In this document: positions 1 through 8,629 of the stretch, in pieces
How positions within the stretch are numbered: the stretch's first letter is position 1
How the letters are laid out: each line of letters opens with the position of its first letter
Origin: an uncultured Bacteroidales bacterium
GTDB taxonomy: Bacteria; Bacteroidota; Bacteroidia; Bacteroidales; FEN-979
Direction of reading: 5' to 3'
NCBI GenBank assembly: GCA_903837605.1
Contig: CAILVF010000041.1
Span: 11,524 to 75,523 of the forward strand
Length of the DNA stretch: 64,000 nt
Program-made: the position numbers and the translations under genes
The notes under the pieces: model-generated
Seen by the model: the letters and a program-made list of their open reading frames with translations, nothing else
Database searches by the model: none
What the model was told of the DNA's origin: nothing

Positions 1-313
1 TTTCTTTTCCATGTTCCGGTTTGCTAAAAGGGTGAAGGAAACTGGTACAAATGTATCTTATTTTCCGATTTTTACTTTCAATATTCAAGGTTTAATATTT
101 TTATCGGGATATAGTTATATTTGCATTAAGGCTAGTCAGAGCCAAAAATTAAACCCGGGCATTCAGGTCATGTCATCCATTCCGATCCATGAAATAGTTA
201 CCAACACAATGGATAGCCATTGGCAGTTCGTCCCGGTACAATGCAACCGGAATTCTTGTATTTTACGAATTACGATTTTTTTTTAATTTACGATTCACCA
301 TACATCCTAAGTT

Positions 314-1909
314 ATGTGCAGATCCTATCTCTTTTTGCTGTTCATGTGGTTCTCAGCCTTGACCCTCCGGGCGCAGACCATTTCCACTCCTGTTCCTCCT
401 CCTTTAAAGCAAGATTTTGAAGGGATCCTGTCATTTTTATCTTCCGACTGGATGGAGGGTCGTGAAACAGGTACGCGGGGCGCCTCAATGGCAGCAGACT
501 ATGTTGCCTCCATGATGCAGCTCAATGGTTTGATACCATACGGTGACGCAAAAATAACGAGCAACCCTGGATCCCCGGTAAACCCCGCTCTGACCTTTTT
601 TCAGAATTTTAAGATAATCCGATGCCGTGTTGAAAGATCTTCCCTTGAATTGATCAGGAATTCTTCAGAGGGAGAACCTGTGATCATTTTCGCCCGCGGC
701 ACCGATTTTCTCGTTGACCCCGTTCCGTTTGCCAGGGAAGCTGAGGCAGCTGTTGTATTTGTCGGCTATGGTATTGAAGCCCCTGGAAAGGGTTATAATG
801 ATTACGCTGGTGCAGATGTCAGAAACAAGGTGGTCGTGGTTGTCGATGGGTATCCCGGTCACGCGGATACCACCTCCTTCGCCTGGAAAAAGCTGGGCAG
901 ATCTTTTGAGAATGACTATGCGACCATAAGGAAGAAACTAAAACTTGCTGAAAGACATGGAGCGGCAGCTGTGGTTTTTGTCGACCCGGATGTTTTAAAC
1001 AACAAAATAAATGAACTCAGATCCGGAGACGGAGATTATGAAAATCCCCGTCATTATTTACCCGGCGATACAGGAAAGCTGAAAACACCCTGCTTCACAC
1101 TTGGAACAGATGCAATTCTGCAACTCCTGGATGGTACCGGAATCGACCTGCCGGGATTTGAAAAAAAAGCAGCCGGAGACCTTTTACCTGCTTCCAGGTT
1201 GATCCAGGGCAAAAAACTCAGGTTCTCGGTCACTGTCAGTTCCGAAGAGGTGCCGATCAGGAATGTCATTGGAATGATACAGGGTATCGACACAACGATG
1301 AACATCATTATAGGGGGGCATTATGATCATTTGGGTGTAAGGAAAGGCGAGGTCTATAACGGGGCTGACGACAACGCTTCAGGTGTGGCTGGAATGCTCG
1401 CCCTGGCAAAGGCATGGTCTTCTCATCCCGGGAAGCCCCCATGTAATCTCATTTTTGCCGCCTGGATCGGGGAGGAGAGAGGAAAATTGGGTAGTACCTA
1501 CTACGCGATGCATTCACGGCTGGTTCCAAGGCAGGTTTCCCTGGTCATCAATATGGATATGATCTCACGGAGTGCCCCGGAAGACACGGGAAGGATAGGA
1601 CTTAGCATCGGGACCCTGACCCTGAATGAAGACCTGAGATCCCTGGCAAAAAAAGTCAATTCAAAACTTGAGCATCCTTTTGTACTTGAACTCTGGGATG
1701 TGACCGGCGCAACAGGAAGTGATTACCGGCCATTTTCCGACCGGAAAGTTCCAATCCTGACCTTTCATGCCGGTTTCCCGGTTGAATACCATACACCCCT
1801 GGATGATTTCGCCAGGGTTGATCTTCACAAGATGGAGCAGATCCTGAAAATAGTGAATGATTGCCTGTGGGAAACATTGAAGAATCCACCATTGAGAGAT
1901 AAACACTGA
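314..1909 (+). CDS. Secreted M28-family zinc aminopeptidase with PA-domain insert
   Basis: 531-aa ORF. Signal-like N-terminus MCRSYLFLLFMWFSALTLRAQT. M28 metal-ligand contexts HYDHLG, GADDNASGVAGMLALAKAW, GEERGKLGS and NMDMIS. Confidence 0.85.
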   Translation: MCRSYLFLLFMWFSALTLRAQTISTPVPPPLKQDFEGILSFLSSDWMEGRETGTRGASMAADYVASMMQLNGLIPYGDAKITSNPGSPVNPALTFFQNFKIIRCRVERSSLELIRNSSEGEPVIIFARGTDFLVDPVPFAREAEAAVVFVGYGIEAPGKGYNDYAGADVRNKVVVVVDGYPGHADTTSFAWKKLGRSFENDYATIRKKLKLAERHGAAAVVFVDPDVLNNKINELRSGDGDYENPRHYLPGDTGKLKTPCFTLGTDAILQLLDGTGIDLPGFEKKAAGDLLPASRLIQGKKLRFSVTVSSEEVPIRNVIGMIQGIDTTMNIIIGGHYDHLGVRKGEVYNGADDNASGVAGMLALAKAWSSHPGKPPCNLIFAAWIGEERGKLGSTYYAMHSRLVPRQVSLVINMDMISRSAPEDTGRIGLSIGTLTLNEDLRSLAKKVNSKLEHPFVLELWDVTGATGSDYRPFSDRKVPILTFHAGFPVEYHTPLDDFARVDLHKMEQILKIVNDCLWETLKNPPLRDKH

Positions 1910-1965
1910 ATTCAAAACTGCAGGCCGTATTCCCATTTTATGTTCATAACCAAAAACTTATAGAG

Positions 1966-3423
1966 ATGAAGTATCCGGAAGTCAGGAATTATATCAATGG
2001 GGAGTTTGTTCCCTCCATAACCAACCGAACCCTCGATGTTATTTCCCCTATTGATGGGACAATCCTTTCAAAGACACCGCTCTCCGGTCCCCTGGATCTT
2101 GATGATGCCGTAGCTAAGGCGCAGCAGGCTTTTTTGATATGGTCAAAGGTTCCGATCAAAGAGCGTGTCCAGGTATTCTACCGGTATAAGGCGCTGCTTG
2201 AAAAGAACATAACAGCGTTATCAGAGCTGATCAGTGAAGAGAACGGAAAGACATTCGATGAGGCAAAGGCAGAGATTGAAAAGAGTATCGAACTTACTGA
2301 GTTCGCCTGCTCCCTGCCACAGATGATTGGAGGCGAGATCCTGGAGGTTAGCAGGGGCGTGGAGTGCCGCTCCGAAGTGTGCCCGGTGGGTGTTGTTGCC
2401 AGTATAGTACCGTTCAATTTTCCAAGCATGGTTCCGCACTGGACCATTCCCAATGCCCTGGCCCTGGGGAATACCATGATATTGAAACCCTCTGAAGTTG
2501 TCCCCCTGAGTGCGATGAGAATTGCAGGATTGCTCCGGGAAGCCGGTTTACCTGCGGGAGTGTTTAATGTTGTGAACGGGGATCGCAGCCTTGTAGAGGC
2601 TATTTGCGATCATCCGGGCATTGATACGCTGTCATTTGTAGGCTCAACGAAGGTGGCTAAAATCGTGTATGCCAGGGCTGCCTCCAAATTTAAAAGGGCG
2701 CTGGCATTGGGCGGGGCAAAAAACCACCTGGTTGTTCTGCCCGATGCAAACCCATCAATGACCGCTGCAAATGTGGCTGCTTCCATGTCGGGATGCGCCG
2801 GCCAGCGTTGCATGGCCGCTTCTGTCATGATAGCGGTAGGTGATTGTGAGGCCATTATCGGGCTTGTTTGTGCGGAAGCAAAAAAAATCATCCCGGGGAA
2901 GAACCTGGGATCGGTGATCTCCGGCGCAGCGAAAGAGAGGATTGAAAATTTCATCACTGAAGCCGAAAACCAGGGTGCCAGGATCCTTGTTGATGGAAGA
3001 AACGTGATTGTGGAGGGAAAGGAAAACGGGTTTTATGTGGGCCCTACTGTCATCGACCAGGTTTCTCCCGGCATGAGTGTGGTCAACGAAGAAATTTTCG
3101 GACCGGTACTCTCCATCATCAGGGTGAATAATCTTGATGAAGCACTGGCTATCGAAAATTCCAACCCTTATGGGAATGCGGCAGCAATCTATACCCAAAG
3201 CGGCGGTATGGCAAAATATCTGGCCGACAATGCCAGCGCCGGGATGATAGGGGTCAATATCGGCGTACCGGTCCCAAGAGAACCCTTCTCATTTGGCGGC
3301 TGGAACGACTCAAAATTCGGGGTTGGTGATCTTACCGGGAAAAGCTCCATTCATTTCTGGACGAAGCTGAAAAAAATTACAACAAAGTGGAACCCTGAAG
3401 CAGGAATAAACTGGATGAGCTGA
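1966..3423 (+). CDS. mmsA: CoA-acylating methylmalonate/malonate-semialdehyde dehydrogenase (ALDH superfamily)
   Basis: 485-aa ORF. ALDH catalytic Cys context GCAGQRCMA, GGAKNH, EEIFGPVL, and the C-terminal PFSFGGWNDSKFG motif typical of MmsA/IolA-type enzymes. Confidence 0.85.
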   Translation: MKYPEVRNYINGEFVPSITNRTLDVISPIDGTILSKTPLSGPLDLDDAVAKAQQAFLIWSKVPIKERVQVFYRYKALLEKNITALSELISEENGKTFDEAKAEIEKSIELTEFACSLPQMIGGEILEVSRGVECRSEVCPVGVVASIVPFNFPSMVPHWTIPNALALGNTMILKPSEVVPLSAMRIAGLLREAGLPAGVFNVVNGDRSLVEAICDHPGIDTLSFVGSTKVAKIVYARAASKFKRALALGGAKNHLVVLPDANPSMTAANVAASMSGCAGQRCMAASVMIAVGDCEAIIGLVCAEAKKIIPGKNLGSVISGAAKERIENFITEAENQGARILVDGRNVIVEGKENGFYVGPTVIDQVSPGMSVVNEEIFGPVLSIIRVNNLDEALAIENSNPYGNAAAIYTQSGGMAKYLADNASAGMIGVNIGVPVPREPFSFGGWNDSKFGVGDLTGKSSIHFWTKLKKITTKWNPEAGINWMS

Positions 3424-3450
3424 AAAGTAATAATTTAAATCAAACAACCA

Positions 3451-4800
3451 ATGCAAGAGGAAATAGTATCCCAGCAGGAAAAGGACGTAATCCGTAAGAA
3501 CAGCCTTGATTTCACTTTGTTCTCGTGGTCTAAACAGGCAGGCCTGAACCCGATCAATGTCCACCATGCCAAAGGCGTCTATCTTTATGATTATGACGGG
3601 AAGCGGTATCTTGATTTTTCATCACAGCTGATGAATGTAAACATAGGCCATGGGCATCCAGCAGTAAGGGAGGCTGTTTCACGGCAGATGGAAGAGGTCA
3701 GCTATGTATATCCCGGTATGATCACCAAAGCAAGGGGTGAGCTGGGGAAAAAGTTATCGGAGATCACACCGGGAAGCCTGACAAAGACATTTTTTACCCT
3801 GGGAGGGGCCGAGTCGGTCGAAAATGCCGTTAAGATTGCAAGGATCTATAGCGGAAGGTTTAAGATAATTACCTTTTACCAGTCATTTCATGGGGCGTCT
3901 TACGGTGCTTTCTCAGCCGGTGGCGACCCGCGCCGGCATGCCGTCGACAGCCAGGCGGCACCCAATTTCATTCATGTTGAGAATCCCTATTGTTACCGCT
4001 GTCCCTGGAACAGTCAAACACCAGGGGAATGTTCTGATATCTGCTCGGCCCATGTTGAACGGGTGATAAAGTATGAAAATCCTGACAGTGTGGCGGCTAT
4101 TTTGTTTGAAGGGGAATCCGGTACTTCAGGATGCATCAAATATCCCCCGGGATACTGGCAAAAAATCAAGGCCATAGCCGATAAATACGGGATCCTGATC
4201 ATTTCAGATGAAGTCATGAGCGGTTTCGGCCGGACCGGGAAAATGTTCGGTATAGATCACCATGGGGTCGAACCTGATATCCTCTGCATGGCAAAGGGTC
4301 TCACCTCGGGGTATATTCCTCTGGGAGGCATTGTGGTTTCTGAGAAAATCGCTAAACATTTCGACAACAACCCCCTTCCGCTGGGGCTTACCTATTCGGC
4401 CCATCCGGTGGCATGTGCTGCGGCAAATGCAGTCATTGACATTTATGAAAAGGAAGGGCTGGTGGAAAATGCAGCCCTCATGGGAAAGTACATTGAAGAG
4501 CGGGTCGGAGAACTGAAAAAGAAGCACATTTCTATTGGCGATTACCGGAACACAGGATTGCTGGGCTGTATTGAACTCGTTAAGAACAGGGAAACCAAAG
4601 AGCCTATGGCCCCATGGAATGCAAAACCGGCTGAAATGGAGATAATGAACAGGGTAGCGGCGAGGATCAGGGAACTGGGAATGTTTACGTTTGTCCGCTG
4701 GAACTATATTTTCACGGCACCTCCTTTATGCATTACAAAAGAGCAGATCGACGAAGGGCTGCAAATCATATCCGATGCCATAGCATTAGCTGAAAAATAG
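3451..4800 (+). CDS. Class-III PLP aminotransferase (omega-amino acid:pyruvate / beta-alanine-type transaminase)
   Basis: 449-aa ORF, 28 nt downstream of mmsA. Motifs GGAESVENAVKIAR, ISDEVMSGFGRTGKMFG, ILCMAKGLTSGYIPLG (PLP lysine context) and TYSAHP. Confidence 0.85.
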   Translation: MQEEIVSQQEKDVIRKNSLDFTLFSWSKQAGLNPINVHHAKGVYLYDYDGKRYLDFSSQLMNVNIGHGHPAVREAVSRQMEEVSYVYPGMITKARGELGKKLSEITPGSLTKTFFTLGGAESVENAVKIARIYSGRFKIITFYQSFHGASYGAFSAGGDPRRHAVDSQAAPNFIHVENPYCYRCPWNSQTPGECSDICSAHVERVIKYENPDSVAAILFEGESGTSGCIKYPPGYWQKIKAIADKYGILIISDEVMSGFGRTGKMFGIDHHGVEPDILCMAKGLTSGYIPLGGIVVSEKIAKHFDNNPLPLGLTYSAHPVACAAANAVIDIYEKEGLVENAALMGKYIEERVGELKKKHISIGDYRNTGLLGCIELVKNRETKEPMAPWNAKPAEMEIMNRVAARIRELGMFTFVRWNYIFTAPPLCITKEQIDEGLQIISDAIALAEK

Positions 4801-4849
4801 GAAACTAGGACCCTGCTTCACGGAATTTGATGTAAAATGAAGTTATTCA

Positions 4850-5020
4850 CTAAAGTTTCAGACCTGCTTTTTCGTAAGCAAAAAGGATACTTCCGGGCAT
4901 GGCTGCGCTATGTACCCAGGCAGGCCCTGCCGGCTGAAGAGTATAGACCGCTCCGAGCAGCCCGATATTGACAGCAAGACTATTTTTCACGATGTAATAA
5001 CATATTGATATCGTTTTCAT
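4850..5020 (-). CDS. Possible small hydrophobic protein (56 aa), function unknown
   Basis: Internal ATG of the 76-aa ORF gives MKTISICYYIVKNSLAVNIGLLGAVYTLQPAGPAW... It lies directly downstream of the YdcF-like gene on the same strand. No recognisable family. Confidence 0.25.
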   Translation of the reverse strand: MKTISICYYIVKNSLAVNIGLLGAVYTLQPAGPAWVHSAAMPGSILFAYEKAGLKL

Positions 5021-5036
5021 CACAGCTTTCGAGTAA

Positions 5037-5693
5037 CTATTTTTTTCCCTCAGGTTCAGCTTTCCTGATTTCAAACCCAAGGGTCCCCATGATACGATTT
5101 ATAATATTCTCTCTTTGAGGGAGTGGTACAAAATCGCTTATGTAAGCCTCTGACGGATCAATTTTAATTGATAGATCAATTGTAAAACAACGGAGTGAAT
5201 CATAAACGATAGGAATAAAAACGACCGGTATACCATAATCCCAGGCATAGGCTTTAAGGCCCGCTGACTGGTTTGGATCGGTAGCAACTGCAATCTTTTC
5301 AAAGCCCATTTTTTTTGCAATCCGGTAAGAATAGATGAGGTTTTCAGTGCTGTGTTTTGCCTTTATTTCAGAAAAGACATGTTTCTCAGGGATGCCCAAT
5401 GCAATGGCATACATAGCCATGATCTTCCCTTCCACATAGGGCGAATAGACGGCGTTGCCTGAAAAGATCACATTACGGGCGATCCCTTTCTTGTAAAGAT
5501 AATAAGACCAGACAACACGGTCCTTCATGATATTGCTTGTCCAGTCCTGATCCTGGTAGGGGATGCCTGGTACTATCAAAACGTCATAAGGCGCTGTTGC
5601 AAGGGCTTTATGGTATGATTTTACCGGAGAAGCGCATGAAAGAAATAGGAGAAAACAAGCGCCCAGATATAAAACCCCGGGTGTTTTCATCAT
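5037..5693 (-). CDS. YdcF/ElyC/SanA (DUF218) family lipoprotein
   Basis: 218-aa ORF. Signal plus lipobox FLLFLSCAS. DUF218-like blocks VLIVPGIPY, FSGNAVYSPYVEG and KHSTENL. Confidence 0.75.
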   Translation of the reverse strand: MMKTPGVLYLGACFLLFLSCASPVKSYHKALATAPYDVLIVPGIPYQDQDWTSNIMKDRVVWSYYLYKKGIARNVIFSGNAVYSPYVEGKIMAMYAIALGIPEKHVFSEIKAKHSTENLIYSYRIAKKMGFEKIAVATDPNQSAGLKAYAWDYGIPVVFIPIVYDSLRCFTIDLSIKIDPSEAYISDFVPLPQRENIINRIMGTLGFEIRKAEPEGKK

Positions 5694-5745
5694 AGGGGAA
5701 TGAAATTGTTAAAAGGAAAGATCATAACTATTTTGCCGGAGAGGT

Positions 5746-6228
5746 TTAGCCTCTGTTTAGAAAATAATAAGCCGAATTAAGGATGCTTGCAAAAGTGACC
5801 CACAAAAGGTAAGGGATATTGATATAAGCAGCTATTGGTTTGATTTTATAAAAGAGGGAAAGCATTATGACAATAGCGATCCATAAAATTATTATTTCAG
5901 ACAATGCAACACCAATCATTTTGAAATAAAAGAAAAGGAAGCTCCATCCGAAGTTTAACATCAATTGCAGCAAAAATGCAAAGATTGCCAGGTTACGTTC
6001 TTTCCCTGAATCGAGTTTCCAGATAAGAAACAGCGATATACCAAGAAGAATGTACAGTGTTGTCCAAACCGGGCCAAACACCCAGTTTGGGGGATTAAAA
6101 GAAGGACGGTTGAGGGATGCATACCATCCAGGCACTGCTTTTGCAGTGAATATTCCGGCTATAGCCCCGGCTCCCAGGGGCAATACCAGGGAGACCGCCA
6201 GCTTTAAGACAGTATTTGCCCGTTTCAT
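5746..6228 (-). CDS. tspO: TspO/MBR tryptophan-rich sensory protein
   Basis: 160-aa, five-helix ORF with the family signature WYASLNRPSFNPPNWVFGPVWTTLYILLGISL and a Trp-rich C-terminal half. Confidence 0.9.
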   Translation of the reverse strand: MKRANTVLKLAVSLVLPLGAGAIAGIFTAKAVPGWYASLNRPSFNPPNWVFGPVWTTLYILLGISLFLIWKLDSGKERNLAIFAFLLQLMLNFGWSFLFFYFKMIGVALSEIIILWIAIVIMLSLFYKIKPIAAYINIPYLLWVTFASILNSAYYFLNRG

Positions 6229-6501
6229 AAAAAGCTTAAGTGAATAGCAGTGTAAAAGTAGACATTGTTAGAAACAATAGCATGTTATTCTTTTATTGCT
6301 CTATAAGTTGTCAAAACGGATCCTGTGACCACCTGTCGCCGGTTTTGGCTGGCCGCCATATAATATTAGCAATCACTGAAATGAAAAAAGCAGGCTGTTC
6401 CGGTGAAGGCTGGTCAATTTGTGAGGTTCTTCCAACTCGTGGATTGAATGAAAGGAAAGTGGGTCTTAAGGGACTTTCATGCTCAAGGATTGCTCGGGGG
6501 A

Positions 6502-6858
6502 TTAAAATCTGTTCACTGCCACAAAAATTGAAAGCACCAGAAAAATGATTGTTGCCGGAATATCTTTGTATTCCTTTTTGCGGAAATGATAGCCCATGGC
6601 GAGGGTCATTATTATTGCAATACCGCATGCAGCCAGGGGTGTCAGAATTGGTAAAATGTTCATGTACACAGGCAGGAACAGCCCGATTGCCCCGATCATT
6701 TTTGAGGAGCAGATGAAGTAGCGCAACCAGTCGGGAAATTCCTTAACCCATGAGAGTTTCTTTGACAATTTTTCTTTCGGAAGAAGGATGATTACCAATC
6801 CGGAAGTGAAGAAAACAGTGGCAAGAATGCCTTGAATAATCCATAATGTTGTGTTCAT
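6502..6858 (-). CDS. DoxX-like small integral membrane protein
   Basis: 118-aa ORF with four predicted helices. Its start codon overlaps the methyltransferase stop (ATGA overlap at 6855-6858), implying an operon. Confidence 0.6.
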   Translation of the reverse strand: MNTTLWIIQGILATVFFTSGLVIILLPKEKLSKKLSWVKEFPDWLRYFICSSKMIGAIGLFLPVYMNILPILTPLAACGIAIIMTLAMGYHFRKKEYKDIPATIIFLVLSIFVAVNRF

Positions 6859-7547
6859 GATGTTTTGGTTTTAATTGTGAATGGTTTTGTTATTGTTTCA
6901 ATTGTTGCATTATTGTTAAAAACCAGGCAAGAAGAATACCCGAGGCTTTCATTGACTGAATAGTCCTTCAGCCAGGTTTGCTTTTGCCATTTTCTCCCCC
7001 TGCAGGATGTAGCCATCCGCCATAGAGGGAAAGTCCAGTTATAGGCAGATAGAGGAAATGTTTTTGCTTCCGGGAATGCCGAAATAATTGACTTCCGACC
7101 GGTTGGCGTCAGAACGATTACTTTTCCTCCCGGCTTAAGCACCCTGAGCGCCTCCTGCAATAACCATGTTTTCGTGTGATCATCAAGCAGGAATAACACG
7201 GAGCAAAATGTAACCAAGTCGAATTCATTATTTGCGAATTCAAGCGGGGCATCCCGTTTTTGATATAGAAAGGAAATGTTTTCCGTCTTCAGATTTCTCC
7301 TTGCCTCATCAATCATTGATTCATCAATATCGATCCCGGTGATAACCAGGCTGGCATCCTGCGAATGGAGCAATTCAGGTAATTTACCGGGGCCGGTCCC
7401 TATATCGAGTATCTTTTTCGCGGAAGAACCAATAATAATGGATTCTGCTACCGGTTGTAAAAATTCAAGGTACCACGAGCTTTTAGTTGCTTTTGTAAAA
7501 AGAGACATGTGTATGGTTTTATAATTATTGTCATTGTGAATAGTCAA
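6855..7547 (-). CDS. Class I SAM-dependent methyltransferase
   Basis: 230-aa ORF. Motif I ILDIGTGPGKL, post-I GIDIDESM, and LKPGGKVIVL. The true start may be the internal MSLFTK (7508). Confidence 0.8.
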   Translation of the reverse strand: MTIHNDNNYKTIHMSLFTKATKSSWYLEFLQPVAESIIIGSSAKKILDIGTGPGKLPELLHSQDASLVITGIDIDESMIDEARRNLKTENISFLYQKRDAPLEFANNEFDLVTFCSVLFLLDDHTKTWLLQEALRVLKPGGKVIVLTPTGRKSIISAFPEAKTFPLSAYNWTFPLWRMATSCRGRKWQKQTWLKDYSVNESLGYSSCLVFNNNATIETITKPFTIKTKTS

Positions 7548-7601
7548 AGCTGTTAAAATGCATAAACAAGATATAAAGAATATATAGTATAGGTAAAAAA
7601 A

Positions 7602-8024
7602 TTATTTCGAGTCAAGTATATCCTTTAATGTAGTTCTTTTCAATTCAGCTTTCATGACCTCTTCAACCCGGGTTAGCCTGTCAGTTACCGCTTTTTTTAC
7701 GGCATTGGGCCGTCGCCCCGATACTTTGATTTCAAAGTTGGTGTGAAACAGTGATTTTTGATTTTCAATCGCCAGTAAAATGTCGAGCAGATTGATTTGT
7801 TCGTTATTTTTTGCAAATCGGACTCCCCCGTTGATCCCTTCCTTCGATTCCAGGATGCCGGCCCTGATGAAATTGTTAAAGATCACCGTGAGAGTAGGTT
7901 TCGGAATATCCAGCAATTCTGACATCACTTTGGCAGAGATATACTCTGTTTCACCTCTTCTGATTTTATCAGATATAAAAACCAGGACCAGGATAGACTT
8001 AGAAAAGGAAAGTGAATATGCCAT
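7602..8024 (-). CDS. Rrf2-family winged-helix transcriptional regulator
   Basis: 140-aa ORF. Typical Rrf2 N-terminus (MAYSLSFSKSILVLVFI...YISAKVMSELLDIPKPTLTVIFNNFIRAGILESKEGINGG). No Cys cluster is visible, so it is probably not Fe-S binding. Confidence 0.8.
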   Translation of the reverse strand: MAYSLSFSKSILVLVFISDKIRRGETEYISAKVMSELLDIPKPTLTVIFNNFIRAGILESKEGINGGVRFAKNNEQINLLDILLAIENQKSLFHTNFEIKVSGRRPNAVKKAVTDRLTRVEEVMKAELKRTTLKDILDSK

Positions 8025-8051
8025 AACTAAATATACTTAATACTCAGTTTG

Positions 8052-8059
8052 CAAATTTA
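8052..8059 (-). promoter_or_regulatory. Bacteroidota -7 promoter box TAAATTTG for the Rrf2 operon
   Basis: The reverse complement of CAAATTTA matches TAnnTTTG, 27 nt upstream of the Rrf2 ATG. It overlaps the palindrome TTTGCAAA (8048-8055). Confidence 0.45.
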
Positions 8060-8085
8060 CACAGGTTTTTCTGTTTTCCAAAATT

Positions 8086-8592
8086 TTATTCTTTTATTAT
8101 CTTGCCTGTTTCTGCCCCGGAGTTGCAATTTAATTTCAGTATATAAACTCCTTTTGGAAGTTCACTTACGTCAATGTCTGCTTTAGCTTGTTGCACCTGC
8201 TGTTGCAAAAGGATTTGTCCCTGCAGATTGTAAATTGAAAAAAGAGAATGCTCAGAAGTGCCTGTAATAACAGTTAATTTCCCGGAAGCAGGATTGGGAT
8301 ACAGGTTGAGAACGTGTTTATTTTTTCCAGAATTATCAATGACAGAAGTTACATTTTGGCAATTAAATTTTACTACAACCGCTGATCCGGCATTAACCTG
8401 GAATTTTGTCGTATGCGAGGTAACTGGCAATGATGTCCAATTATAGTCAGGAATTGTTCCCATTGAATTTACCACCTGTCCGCCAAGCCTCACATTTAAT
8501 GTATCAAGCGGATAAAGAGTAATCTTTATCGTATCCTCTGAGAAACAAGCGATAGAAAAAAGAAAAAGAAAGATGCAGCAAAAATGTCTCAT
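8086..8592 (-). CDS. Small secreted protein with T9SS C-terminal sorting domain
   Basis: 168-aa ORF. Signal peptide MRHFCCIFLFLFSIACFS. C-terminal LYPNPASGKLTV...GVYILKLNCNSGAETGKIIKE matches the Por_Secre_tail pattern. Confidence 0.7.
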   Translation of the reverse strand: MRHFCCIFLFLFSIACFSEDTIKITLYPLDTLNVRLGGQVVNSMGTIPDYNWTSLPVTSHTTKFQVNAGSAVVVKFNCQNVTSVIDNSGKNKHVLNLYPNPASGKLTVITGTSEHSLFSIYNLQGQILLQQQVQQAKADIDVSELPKGVYILKLNCNSGAETGKIIKE

Positions 8593-8629
8593 GATGAAGT
8601 AGGGTTGTCTTGATTATCATTGTCTTTGT

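Noticed and set aside
6229-6501. ORFs 6240..6548 (+) and 6311..6628 (-) in the gap between tspO and the DoxX-like gene
   Set aside because: Translations are Cys/Arg/Ser-rich with no recognisable motif. One overlaps the DoxX 3' end. Treated as non-coding spacer.
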